A program made the translations under genes and the position numbers. A model generated the notes under the pieces. That model saw only the letters and a program-made list of their open reading frames with translations, ran no database searches and was not told the origin of the DNA. 64,000 nucleotides of DNA from assembly GCF_006345805.1 (NCBI RefSeq), contig NC_043001.1:111600001-111664000 (forward strand). Reading direction: 5' to 3'. Source of the stretch: Octopus sinensis (lineage: Eukaryota). Shown here one piece after another: positions 13,099-26,031 of the stretch. Every line of letters begins with the position of its first letter. Positions within the stretch are counted from its first letter, which is position 1.

Positions 13099-13844
13099 TT
13101 GTACCTTTTTGTATTCAATGTATTTAATATTTTTGTATATCGATTTGCCTAACTTGTTTGTCCTTACATTTACTCCTCTCCCTGCTCAAGATCAAATCCT
13201 TTGAGCACAGCGAACAGAATACCTGTCTATATTGTATGTATGTATGTATGTATGTATGTATGTATGTATGTATGTATGTATGTATGTATGTATGTATGTT
13301 TATTTATTTATGTGTGACGGATGATATAGTGTCCAGGAATCGAAACCACAGTCTTACGATCATGAGTGTAACAGCCTAGACACTAAGCCAAGTACATTCA
13401 TTACAATGGAGTATAAACAGATCTAATTACGAGAAGGCTTAATTATAGATAATCTTAATCAAGGTAGCGAATTGGCCGAGTCATTAGAACGTTGGATAGA
13501 ATAATTAGCAATATTCGTTCCAGCTTATTGCGCTGTTCCAGCTGACTGCTCTCTCTCTCTTTTTCTGTCGTCTGTCCATTAGTCTGTTTGTCTGTCTGTC
13601 TCTCTCTAGAAAAATTCTGCCATTCTTAGAAAAGGAAACAAAAAGGAACGCAGTGTAAATAACGGACAGAGTCAAGACTATTGAAAAGGTTGCAAGACGC
13701 AACGAAAATTTTAGGAAAATAAAAATAAGAAATATGTGGAAATTTTACCGGTGAGTGTGTTAAATAATAAGGCACAAAAAGAAAATGACTCTTCCCAGAC
13801 ACACACACACACAAAAGACATGTCAAAGATTCGTTTTGTGTGAC

Positions 13845-14486
13845 TCAGAACATAAAGACGGGTGAAATACCGTTAAGCATTTCGCCCGGCGCTTAATAAT
13901 ATTTTCTACAAGGCCCAAAATTTCTGGGACGGAAGCCAGTCGATTAGATCGACCCCAGTACACAGCTGTTACTTAATTTATCGGCCCCGGAAGGATTTAA
14001 AGGTAAAGTCGACCTCGGCGGAATTTGAGCTCAGAACACAAAGACGGGCGAAATACCTATTTCTATTTCTTTACTACCCACAAGGGGCTAAACACAGAGA
14101 GGACTAACAAGGACAGACAAACGGATTAAGTCAATTACATCGACCCTAGTGCGTAGCTGGTACTTATTTAATCGACCTCGAAAGGATGAAAGGCAAAGTT
14201 GACCTCGGCGGAATTTGAACTCAGAACATAAAGACGGGCGAAATACCTATTTCTATTTCTTTACTACCCACAAGGGGTTAAACACAGAGAGGACAAACAA
14301 GGACAGACAAACGGATTAAGTCGATTATATCGACCCTAGTGCGTAACTGGTACTTATTTAATCAACCCCGGAAGGATGAAAGGCAAAGTCGACCTCGGCT
14401 GAATTTGAACTCAGAACGTAACGGCAGACGAAATACCGCTAAGTATTTCGCCCGGCGTGCTAACGTTTCTGCCACCTCGCCGCCTT
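13845..14486 (-). mobile_element. Head-to-tail concatemer of SINE family A (one full head plus ~190 bp units)
   Basis: Unit repeated at 14040 and 14230 (offset 190); older unit at 13845-14040. Confidence 0.9.
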
Positions 14487-14496
14487 CCGGCGATTG

Positions 14497-14550
<54 letters not shown>

Positions 14551-14552
<2 letters not shown>

Positions 14553-14945
14553 CTGAGCAAATATAAAGATCTTGAAATAGAAATCAGCAAAATGTGGAAC
14601 CTGAAGACTAAAACAATACCTGTTGTCATAGGTGCCCTGGGAATGATAGTAAAAGGGGCTGACAACCTAACTCAGAAACCAGGAAACCTAAAAATGGCAG
14701 AAATTCAAAAGATAGTGCTCATGGGAACTGCTCATATCCTACGCAAAATACTTTCTATGTAATCTCAAGGTTTAAAACAAACATTTTTTTTTAGACATCC
14801 GCCAGTACACAACACAAAAAACAACCAATATATGGCACACTAGGCATAACAACAACGTGAACTTCCAACCTGTTGTCTCTTGAGGTCTCTGGGGGTGAGA
14901 CTTGGAGCCAACTTGTACAATATAAAGCAAAAACCAAACATATAA
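14551..14945 (+). mobile_element. 5'-truncated R4/Dong-clade non-LTR retrotransposon (RLE C-terminus and 3' UTR) inside (TAA)n
   Basis: KLSKYKDLEIEISKMWNLKTKTIPVVIGALG..IQKIVLMGTAHILRKILS; (TAA)n at 14487-14550 and 14946-15012. Confidence 0.85.
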
Positions 14946-14958
14946 TATAATAATAATA

Positions 14959-15015
<57 letters not shown>

Positions 15016-15454
15016 TGATGATGATGATGACGACAATGATGACGATGAAGATGATGACAATGACGTTATTTTCGGAAAAAAAAAGTGTGTATTAAATATC
15101 GTATAGCAGTTATATTTTCGAGAAACAGATTGGGAAACCTGGTCGAAATACAATTCTCTCAACAATTGATCCGATGCCATTCATAACGTAGTAATGAACA
15201 TTGAACTTTTTTCAATTTATTCCACTACTTAAACTCGTGTCTTCGTTCTCATTTAAGTAGTTATTACTCAATCATTGCTACATGCCATTGGGAATCCCTT
15301 TTTTTTTCTTCCAAAAATTGACTTCCTATTTTCTATTTATAATCTTTAGTAACGTTGGCTTTTGCTGGTTTTCGCCATTACTGCTGTGATTTTTTGGAAA
15401 ACGTAGAAGATGCTGCATTTCATTTCACACTCCGCAAATAACATTCAAAAATAA

Positions 15455-15571
15455 CATCCCCCTCTTCCTCCTCGTTGTCGTCGTCGTCACCACCACCAAC
15501 CACCCCCACCACCACCACCCCACCACCACCACCACCACCACCACACCACCACCACATCATCATCACCACCG

Positions 15572-15619
<48 letters not shown>

Positions 15620-15712
15620 CCACTATCATTCTCGTCATTATCGTCAACTTCATCGTTGTCGTCAGCATCACCACCATTGTCGCTGCCATCGTAGTCCTCC
15701 CCTTCGAATTTT

Positions 15713-15743
<31 letters not shown>

Positions 15744-15791
15744 ATCATCATCATCAGCATCAGCAGCAGCAGCAATCTAATTTTAATAATG

Positions 15792-15844
<53 letters not shown>

Positions 15845-15875
15845 GATAATGGTAATGATAATAATAATAATAATG

Positions 15876-15931
<56 letters not shown>

Positions 15932-16020
15932 TATAATAATAATAATAATAATAACAATCATTATTATTATGATGTTGTTGTTGATATTGTTATTTTTGTT
16001 GTTGTTGTTGTTGTGGTTGC
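15455..16020. repeat. Compound (CAC)/(CAT)/(CAG)/(AAT)/(TTG) trinucleotide array
   Basis: direct. Confidence 0.95.
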
Positions 16021-17144
16021 TACTGTTGTTTGCCTTGAACAAGCGCATGTAACTGAGCTCCCACCAAAATTGGCGTTTTATCACGTTTTGCCAGCAAAAG
16101 GCTTTAGAACATTTCAACGTTTACGTCATTACTCGGGAGTAAAAAAATGTTTCTTTCTTGAACATTCATATATTTTTGTGAAGATCAGATGTGCTTCTTT
16201 ACAAGGGAATCAATGGGTCTAACACTAGGAGGGCGATAAAAGATGCTACCCACAAAAAATAGCAGCAACGAATATGCCATCAGAAATTTTGAACTTTTTC
16301 CAAAGAAACAAATATCAATTTCAAAAAATAAAATGATAAATAAAATTTGACAATTTAACAAAGTTTTTAGCTCATACATTTAAACTTTCATAAACTTTAA
16401 TGGTGAAAGCGCAAACTTTAATAATATGTGAACCAACATAGAAACAATCTGCGTGAGTCAACAATAAGAAAACAATTTGGAAGAGTTATGTTACAAAGGA
16501 TAGTGCTTCCTTGCAAGAACGAACTTTTAGAAGATCAAGGAGGAAAGTTAACTAAAAATGGAGGGTGCCTAGAGATACATTTAAGGGAGGAATTGAAAGT
16601 AAAGGAATAGTCTAAAAAGAGGTTTGTTCTATTTACGGGATAGGATGTTAGGAAATATTCAAGTTCCCAGGTATTTAAGTTCGATGATGGATGTGAAAAC
16701 AGTCGAATTGGGTGTCACATACCGATCCTCTGAGTAATGAGGCAGTATACGGGAAACGAAAGACGAGAGTACTGAAATGATATTGGTACAGATTTTGATC
16801 AGGGATGGTCGTCACCTTAGGATGACAGTACATGCGTGGAGGTAACGAACAGCAACATGGACATGCATGTCCTTATGTCCTTCAATAATATATGTGTGTA
16901 TATATATATGTATGTATATATGTCTATGTATATGTATGTATATATATGTGTATACTCTCTTCTTTTCTCCTACCTCCCTATCAACATAAGTAAGTTAGAA
17001 ACAAGAAAATTTCAACTCAATCATTTTTGGTTTTTAGTTTTTGTAGATTTTTAATAATTTAGTTTCCTTAGTTTGTAATTTAAAGTTTAGCTTTTAAATT
17101 TTAATTTGTAATTTTGAGTTTTTGTCTTAATTTCCTCTCACTCT

Positions 17145-17270
17145 TTCCTCCTGCATCTAGCAGCTTACCTGCGAGGGACCAGCGTCCCGTCTAAGTAGGG
17201 AACCTATACGCCAAGGAAACCGGGAAACCGGCCCTTATAAGCCAGACGTGGCTCGAGAAGGAACAAACAA
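17145..17270 (+). mobile_element. SINE tail-1 fragment
   Basis: reverse-complement match to 7075-7210. Confidence 0.8.
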
Positions 17271-17328
17271 CAGGTCATTAATATTTACGTACCAGCTTCC
17301 AGGAATGTGTTTAATATGTAAAACTGAA

Positions 17329-17374
<46 letters not shown>

Positions 17375-17424
17375 CTAACATTATGGTTATTCAGAAACCA
17401 TGTATGACCCACACCTGTGTCATC

Positions 17425-17685
17425 TCTTGTGAAAGGTAGGAGAGTCCAGTTTGCTGGATATTGTTGTAGAGCTGAAAAAGAAGTAATTTCTACTCTTCTC
17501 TTCTGGAAGCCATCTGTTCGAGATACCAGAGGGCGCACACTCTCCTACCCTGATGTAATCTCCAGGGATACAGGCATCCAGCAACAGGACCTCCGTAATG
17601 CTATGATGGACCGTGAAGTCTGGCGTAACATAGTAAATTCCATTGTCTCGACCACGGTCGAACAATGATGAATGATGATGATGGT
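17425..17685 (+). mobile_element. RTE/RTE-X LINE 3' end with (TGA)n tail
   Basis: ORF KGRRVQFAGYCCRAEKEVISTLLFWKP..SYPDVISRDTG..AMMDREVWRNIV; tgatgaatgatgatg tail. Confidence 0.8.
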
Positions 17686-17994
17686 TATTCAAATGTAATA
17701 AGTTATCGACCAGACCGCACCATTCCTTTGTAATAAACAATTAATCAGAACACGGCAGAAATACTGTTTTCAACTTTATTATATCCAACTTTATATATTC
17801 AACATATACTCTTCACAACGCAATAATAATGGCGATTAATTATAACATCTCTGCTTGAACTGAACTAAAGATGAAACCATCGTTCTGTCTATTCCTTCTT
17901 TATACTATCTTATTAAATCTCTTTTCTTCTCCTATCGTCCTTCTTTCATCAGCAATTCTTCTTTTTTTCCTTCTTCTTCATGAACATTCACCCC

Positions 17995-18029
<35 letters not shown>

Positions 18030-18061
18030 CCACCATCATCATCACCATCATCACCATCATC

Positions 18062-18119
<58 letters not shown>

Positions 18120-18300
18120 TTCTCCTCCTCCTCTTTCTTCTTCTTCTTCTTCTTGTCCTCCTCCTCGTCGTTGTCGTCGTCGTCGTCGTCCTCGTCCTCC
18201 TCCTCTTTCTTCTTCTTTTTCTTTTTTCTTCCGCTTCTTCTTCTTGTCCTCCTCCTCGTCGTTGTTGTCCTTCTCCTTCTCCTTCTTCCGTTTATCTTTG
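17995..18300. repeat. (CAT)n/(TCT)n/(CGT)n/(CCT)n array
   Basis: direct. Confidence 0.95.
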
Positions 18301-18741
18301 ACCCCTCTCTTTCCGTGAATGTCTCCTTCTCACCCCCCCCACTGTCATTTGCTCACACATATCGAACCGACACAGACCAAGGTTGTTGCTGAGACATATG
18401 ATAGAAAAACCATCTGCTCAATGTGTTTACATAGAAGCTTTCATGACAGGTACCGGAGACCCGGAAGCCATAATCGTCAAAAGCGACAGAAGCAGACAAA
18501 ACTTTGAATAAAGTCTTCTGCTCTACTTACCAGCCAGTATTGAGTAATTTTTGCGTTTAATTTTAATTCAAGCCTGCATGAAAATAAAATCATTGCCCAC
18601 ACATACATACACACATGCAACACATACACATATGCATATACGTATACACGTATACATATATATTATATTATATATATATATATATATAATATATATATAT
18701 ATATTCTACTATATATATATATATATCACATACCATACATA

Positions 18742-18772
<31 letters not shown>

Positions 18773-19234
18773 ATATATAGATATATACATATATATATAT
18801 ATCATTTATACATACATACAACATATATATATATATATATATATAAAACTACTTTATGAATATTGTATAGATACCTGTCTTTATAAAGTATTTATAAAGA
18901 GTTATACTCAAGCTATTTATGAATTGTATATTCATATAATTGATATAATGTGTGTGTATGTATATATATATATATATATTTACACCGCATATATGAATAT
19001 ATGAATACACACAAACGCACACTCACACACACGCGCACGCATTTATACGTTTGTATTTAGGTATGAAATGCACTAAATTCCTGTCATAGTGCAAACTTAA
19101 AGAAAGATAAAGCAATATGTAGTATAAAAGAATTGCAAACAGCTCGAGACAAGGACATATATATATATATATATATAATATATTATATTATATAATATAT
19201 ATATATATATATATATACCAGCCAGAATAATACT

Positions 19235-19298
19235 TTAATTGTTCCACGTCCTCGCGTTACTACTGTGTTTTTTTCTGTGTTTTCTTGTTTGGATTAAC

Positions 19299-19300
<2 letters not shown>
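19235..19300 (+). mobile_element. 3' end fragment of the 35048-type repeat, joined to (TA)n
   Basis: ttgttccacgtcctcgcg..gtttggattaact. Confidence 0.65.
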
Positions 19301-19381
<81 letters not shown>

Positions 19382-19645
19382 TATATATATATATATGTTA
19401 TATATATATATATATATATATTTATGGTTACTCAAAGAAAATTCCAACTTGTCTGTTTTCACGTTTTATTTTTACAATATTATAATAATATAGTATATTA
19501 TTTTATGAAATGATAGAATATTAAAAGTCCATTCTCATTGAACGAGTACGTTCATGCATTAAACTATGCCATCTTCGGTACAGGTTCATGCAATAGTGAT
19601 GACAGTCATGTATTACAATTTAAGATATATATATATATATATATA

Positions 19646-20063
19646 GGCGTTGGAGTGGCTTTGTGGTAAGTAGCTTGCTCACGAACCACATGGTTCCGGG
19701 TTCAGTGCCACTGCGTGGAACCTTGGGCAAGTCACTTCTACTATAGCCTCGGGCCGACCAAAGCCTTGTGAGTGGATTTGGTAGGCGGAAACTGAAAGAA
19801 GCCCGTCGTATATATGTATATATATATATGTGTGTGTGTGTATGCTTGTGTGTCGGTGTTTGTCCCCCCAACATCGCTCGACAACCGATGCTGGTGTGTT
19901 TACGTTTCCGTAACTTAGCTGTTCAGCAAAAGAAACCGATAGAATATGTACTAGGTTTGCAAAGAATAAGTCCTGGGGTCGATTTGCTCGACAAAAGGCG
20001 GTGCTCCAGCATGGCCACAGTCAAATGACTGAAACAAGTAAAAGAGTAAAAGAGAGTAAAAGA
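19646..20063 (+). mobile_element. SINE family B, full length
   Basis: head, internal (TA)(TG) tract, aaaagagtaaaaga tail. Confidence 0.92.
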
Positions 20064-20154
20064 ATATATATATGGAACTCGGAGTTTTATTTGGCTACCA
20101 AATAATTGTCACATATTACATTTACAGATATATATAAATATAATATATATATAT

Positions 20155-20220
<66 letters not shown>

Positions 20221-20324
20221 CTATATATATATATTATATATATATATATTATATATATATTATAAATTTATATATATGGTATATATATATATGTATGTAT
20301 ATATATATATATAACACATAGCTG

Positions 20325-20720
20325 AGGAGGCGCAAGGGCCCAGTGGTTAGGGCAGCGGACTCGCAGTCATAGGATCACGGTTTCGATTCCTAGACCAGGC
20401 GTTGTGTGCGTTTAGTGTGCAGAAACACCTATAAATATATAGTGTTTATTGTGCAGAAACATGAGGCTCCCGCAGGGGGTGATGGTGAACCCTGCTGTAT
20501 CCTTCCACCACAACTTTCTATCACTCTGTCTTCCTGTTTCTGTGTGTACCTGTATTTCAATAGGTCAGCCTTTTCACACTCTCTGTCACGCTGAATCTTG
20601 CCGAGAACTACGTTAAGTGTACATGCATCTGTGGAATGCTCTGCCACTTGCACGTTAATTTCACGAGTAGGCTTTTCCGTTGATCGGAACCCTCGTCGTC
20701 GTAACCGACGGAGTGCCACG
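20325..20720 (+). mobile_element. tRNA-derived SINE, head C with tail 2
   Basis: ggaggcgcaagggcccagtggttagggcagcggactcgc..gtttcgattcc; tail ..ccctcgtcgtcgtaaccgacggagtgccac. Confidence 0.88.
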
Positions 20721-20850
20721 AAAAGCATAGCTATTCATTCTCACAAAAGGCACATTATATTTATTTCCGTTGTTCTAGGATGTCATTTGCTTACGGACTG
20801 TTCACAGAATATGAATTAGCTGACTTCTATTTGTATCAAAATACGTCAGT

Positions 20851-20958
<108 letters not shown>

Positions 20959-20989
20959 TTTTATGTATGTATGTATGTATGTATATGTC

Positions 20990-21560
20990 AGGTCACTTTC
21001 GAGTGCTACTGGTAACATGTAACCCAGTACAACCTGTTGCATGGTCGGGTCGTCGGCGACTAAACTGGCAACCCCATCAAGCTTGCTTGGTGAGGAGGGT
21101 GCTTATTGGACACCCTGCGGGATGAAAAACAAAACCTGTCAAAGGGCAGAGGAACTCTTGAGAGTCAACGGCCATCCAATAAATGTGTATTTTTTTAAAG
21201 GCTTAAAGCTGTATCATGCGCGGAGATATAGAAATAATCGGACTGAATACCCGATCACGCGGTTAAACCATTGGGAGTGAAGGACTCCTAGCCTTTGTTA
21301 GGGCATCCTTCTAGGAGAAGGTAACTCAGGTAACTGGGATAACTCCGACATAAAACCTGCGGCTCAGTGGTTACCGATGATGTTGACTTGTTCTTCTTTT
21401 TGTATTATGGATGCTGTTGCTTAGTGAGTGGGATTGACTCAGTGCACAGCCTTTCCTCACTTAAAAAAAATCTTCTTGCACAGACATTGCACGATAACAA
21501 CATTGATTAAGCTTCGTGCAATGGCCATACTCGATAACGAGGGGGCAGCCACCATGTATA
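20990..21560 (+). mobile_element. Structured ~570 bp dispersed repeat, possibly RTE-derived and non-autonomous
   Basis: 3' end recurs at 1-22; 9 bp hairpin attgcacga/tcgtgcaat at 21486-21522; ctaggagaaggtaactc resembles RTE 5' UTR motifs (inference). Confidence 0.55.
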
Positions 21561-21926
21561 TGAACACGGCATATGTACACATATGCTTGCAGACTAGTAC
21601 GAGCATATTTCCGAACATTTCCGAATATTTCCGAATATTTTCGAAATCTACGTTATGTTATGTATCTTTACTTTTATCTGTTAATCTATCCAGCTACAAA
21701 CGTATTACAGAGACACACACATCATATATATATATATATACATGTGTGCGTGTGTGTATATGTGTGTATGCGCGTGTGTGTGTTAGCAAAATACACATGC
21801 ACATGCAAATACATACACATCATATTATTAAATGAAGCAATACTGAGATTTTGAGAAATTTACATGAAAAATAATTTTAAAAAGCAGTAATAACTAAATG
21901 AATATATTATTACTAGATACGAAAAA

Positions 21927-22140
21927 GCGGCGAGCTGGCAAAAACGTTAGCACACCGGGCGAAATGCGTAGCTATATTTCGTCTGCCGTTACGTCTTGGG
22001 TTCAAATTCCGCCGAGGTCGACTTTGCTTTTCATCCTTTCGGGGTCGATAAATTAAGTGCAAGTTGCGTACTAGGGTCGATATAATCTATTGGCCTGCTC
22101 CACTCCAAATTTTCGTGCTTTGTTCCTAGAGTAGAAAAGA
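21927..22140 (+). mobile_element. SINE family A
   Basis: A/B boxes, matches other copies. Confidence 0.9.
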
Positions 22141-22159
22141 ATATTTTCACTGAAGCAGA

Positions 22160-22565
22160 AGGCGGAGAGCTGGTGGAATCGGTAGGACTTGGGCAAAACA
22201 CTCAGTGGGATTTTACTTGTCTTTATGTTCTGATTTCAAATATGCCTTACAACTATTGGGGGTCGATAAAATAGGTAGCATTTGAACACTGGGATGGGTG
22301 TCATCAACTTACCACCTCTATCGAAATTGCTGACCTTGCGTCAAAATGTAAAGCCAATACCTGTTATGAAATATCAAAAATATAGCAGCCAGAAAGCGGC
22401 GAGCTGGTTGCATCGTTAGCAAATGAGACAAAGTGCTTTGCGGCGTTTCTTCTGACTTTTTAGTTTTCTGGGTTCGAATTCCGCAGAAGTCGACTTTGCC
22501 TTCCATCCTTTCGAGGTCGATGAAATAAGTATCAGTTGAAAACTGGCGTCCATGCAATCCATTTA
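22160..22565 (+). mobile_element. Two degenerate SINE family A copies (22160-22320, 22395-22565)
   Basis: ggcg(g/a)gagctgg heads and gtcgactttgccttccatcc core. Confidence 0.75.
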
Positions 22566-22568
22566 GAT

Positions 22569-23062
22569 GCTTTCTTAAATGTTTCTTGTTATTCAAATCA
22601 AAATTTGAAACCTTAAATTATATTGGATCATCCCATAAATAATGCGGTATTTTTATACTTTTTCAAACTTAAGAGAAGCAAACCTCTTTTGAAAGACGCT
22701 GAATTCATGTGATTAGAAATTTAAAAAAGCAGTAATAACTAAATGATATATTATTACTAGATACGATAAAGCTTTCTTAAATGCTTTCTTACTGCTTAAA
22801 AAAGCAGTAATAACTAAATGATATATTATTACTAGATACGAAAAAGCTTTCTTAAATGTTTCTTAAAAGCTTGCTCACGAACCACATGGTTCCGGGTTCT
22901 TAAGCAAGCTTTCTTAAATGTTTCTTGTTATTCAAATCAAAATTTGAAACCTTAAATTATATTGGATCATCCCATAAATAATGCGGTATTTTTATACTTT
23001 TTCAAAATTAAGAGAAGCAAAAACTCTTTTGAAAGACGCTGAATTCATGTGATTAGAAATTT
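22569..23062 (+). repeat. 154 bp direct duplication (22569-22722, 22908-23062) containing a mariner-like TIR end, with a patchwork spacer
   Basis: tattggatcatcccataaataatgcgg resembles the TIR at 870; spacer built from nearby sequence. Confidence 0.85.
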
Positions 23063-23391
23063 ATCGTTTAAAATTTAGCTATTATTGAACGTTAAAATGG
23101 TACATCGAATTTACTTGAAAAATATATGTATTACATTTATATTTATAAAGGTTTATGTGAGGGAGGTAGAAAGACGGATGTTGCTTATCGTGTGGGGTGT
23201 AATATACAAAAAATTATACTGGGAAATGTAAATAAAGATTGCATGAATAACATCGGTGTTATATAGGAATTGTTTCCTCAAATTCTGTATATGTATACAT
23301 ACGTACATACATACATACATACATACATACAAACACACACACACACACCACACACACACATATGCGTAATATATATATATATATATATATA

Positions 23392-23437
23392 TTATTCATA
23401 CATACATACATAATACATACACACACATATATATATG

Positions 23438-23475
<38 letters not shown>

Positions 23476-24092
23476 TACATACACACACATATGTTTATGT
23501 TGCATACACATACATACGCACACACATATGATTCCCGATGCTACACTCTTGTGTATCAATGCTGAAATTTTCATATTGATTTAGCTAAGAAACGATATTA
23601 TACTGTTCTGTATATTTAGTATTGTTTAAATATAAATATATTCAAGTTAACTTGTTAGTTATTTCAATAAAACATCACTCTACTGGCTTCAGTGTAAAGT
23701 AAAATACTTATTTGAAATGAAATAACAAAGCGACAAATATTCAGCCAAGATAAGAGTTTAAAAAAATATGCTATTCGCCTTACATTCCATTTAAAAACAT
23801 GAAAGAGAAAATTTTGCGACTCATAAGTACAGGCGCGCATGTGTATATATCTACAATGTCTATAATTGTTTTTTTTTTCTACATGGATGTGAGCCTGAGC
23901 AACTGCTCTTTGTGAAGAAGCGACCAAGAAAGGACGCATACGCGCTCCTTAACAAGAACATTCACATATACACATACACACACCACACACACACACACGC
24001 GTGCACGCACATATATGTGTTCATTTATATATGTCAGTACGTCTGCACGATATGTGTATAATGTAATGTCTGTTTGCGTATATGAACACACG

Positions 24093-24129
<37 letters not shown>

Positions 24130-25298
24130 TCACACAGACACACACACACACACACTCACACACACACATGTATGTGTATGTCGAAATGTCATATATGCAT
24201 ACATGTGTGTGTGTGTTTATATCATTTTCACCGTAGTATTTTTGTTTTATTTGTAGCTATATTTATACGAATTCCGTTGGTAAGCAAGCTACTTTCCACA
24301 CATGTGCCTGTGTTTGTCCTTCACTAACGCTTGACAAACAGCGTTTGTGTGTTTACGTTCCCGTAACTTAGCAGTTCGGCACCAGAGACCAAAAGAATAA
24401 ACATCAAGCTTAAAAAAATTACTGGGGTAGATTCATTAGGCTAAAAATTATTTATGGTGGTGCCCCAGCATGGTCACATTCTAGTGGTTAAAACAAGTAG
24501 CAGATAAAAGATAAAATGCATAGTCTTTGGAACCAAATAATCGTACGAAATATATCAGAAAGCAATAACACAAACTTGTAAATTGACTAAATATTCATTT
24601 CTTGTCTAAATTTGTTTGACTATGAAGAAAGCCCCAGGAAAGTCCTCTGGATAAGCACGCTTTTGATCTCTGTTGCAGAAGACAGTAAACACTTCAGCAC
24701 TTCAAGAGGGAAAAAGAAAAAGTTGACAACGTGTCTGCTGGCTTAACACGACTGGAAGGCAAACAAAAAAATATCTGCTTTCTCTGTCTTTGTCTTTCTT
24801 GATCACTGATCTTACTATTACGGAAAGCAAGCAGTAAAAAATTTGCCTCCTGTTGACAATTTAACATGGCTGAAAGGCAAGCAGTAAAATATCTGCTTTC
24901 TCTGTCTTTCTCTTTCTTGACCGCTCATTTTTTGTTTCATATAAAAACAGACGAAATACCACTAAGCATTTTGCCCGGCGTGCTACCGTTTCTGCCAGCT
25001 TGCCGCTTTAATACAGTACAATATTGTATATACAATAAAATATTGCTTATAAAAGGTGCAGAGCGTTGCATCGATAACCAGCTGGTGGAGAATCTGCCGG
25101 GGTTAAACTAGTAGTAACATTCAACGGCGACTCGCTTTACTGTTTAGTATACGTTACTGCTCTGTCTCTTCTTGAGGCTTCAGAACTAGCTATTTTGCTT
25201 ATATATATATAATATTATATATATATATATATATAATATTATATATATAATATATATATTATTCATACATACATACATAATACATACACACACATATA

Positions 25299-25340
<42 letters not shown>

Positions 25341-25989
25341 GTATGTATACATACACACACATATGTTTATGTTGCATACACATACATACGCACACACATA
25401 TGATTCCCGATGCTACACTCTTGTGTATCAATGCTGAAATTTTCATATTGATTTAGCTAAGAACGATATTATACTGTTCTGTATATTTAGTATTGTTTAA
25501 ATATAAATATATTCAAGTTAACTTGTTAGTTATTTCAATAAAACATCACTCTACTGGCTTCAGTGTAAAGTAAAATACTTATTTGAAATGAAATAACAAA
25601 GCGACAAATATTCAGCCAGATAAGAGTTTAAAAAAATATGCTATTCGCCTTACATTCCATTTAAAAACATGAAAGAGAAAATTTTGCGACTCATAAGTAC
25701 AGGCGCGCATGTGTATATATCTACAATGTCTATAATTGTTTTTTTTTTCTACATGGATGTGAGCCTGAGCAACTGCTCTTTGTGAAGAAGCGACCAGAAA
25801 GGACGCATACGCGCTCCTTAACAAGAACATTCACATATACACATACACACACACACACACACACACGCGTGCACGCACATATATGTGTTCATTTATATAT
25901 GTCAGTACGTCTGCACGATATGTGTATAATGTAATGTCTGTTTGCGTATATGAACCCACGCACGCACACACACACACACACCACACACA

Positions 25990-26031
<42 letters not shown>

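Noticed and set aside
13845-14486. Regularly spaced repeats resembling a CRISPR array
   Set aside because: The units are 190 bp SINE copies with no unique spacers, in a eukaryotic context with no cas genes.
20076-20100. gaactcggagttttatt resembling the U4C family cleavage region (also near 58510)
   Set aside because: The match is too short to distinguish from chance in AT-rich DNA.
21245-21300. HDV-like ribozyme (ccg-atcacg-cgg, ggagt/actcc hairpin)
   Set aside because: No P1 5' strand and no C-x-A-A J4/2 segment could be found.
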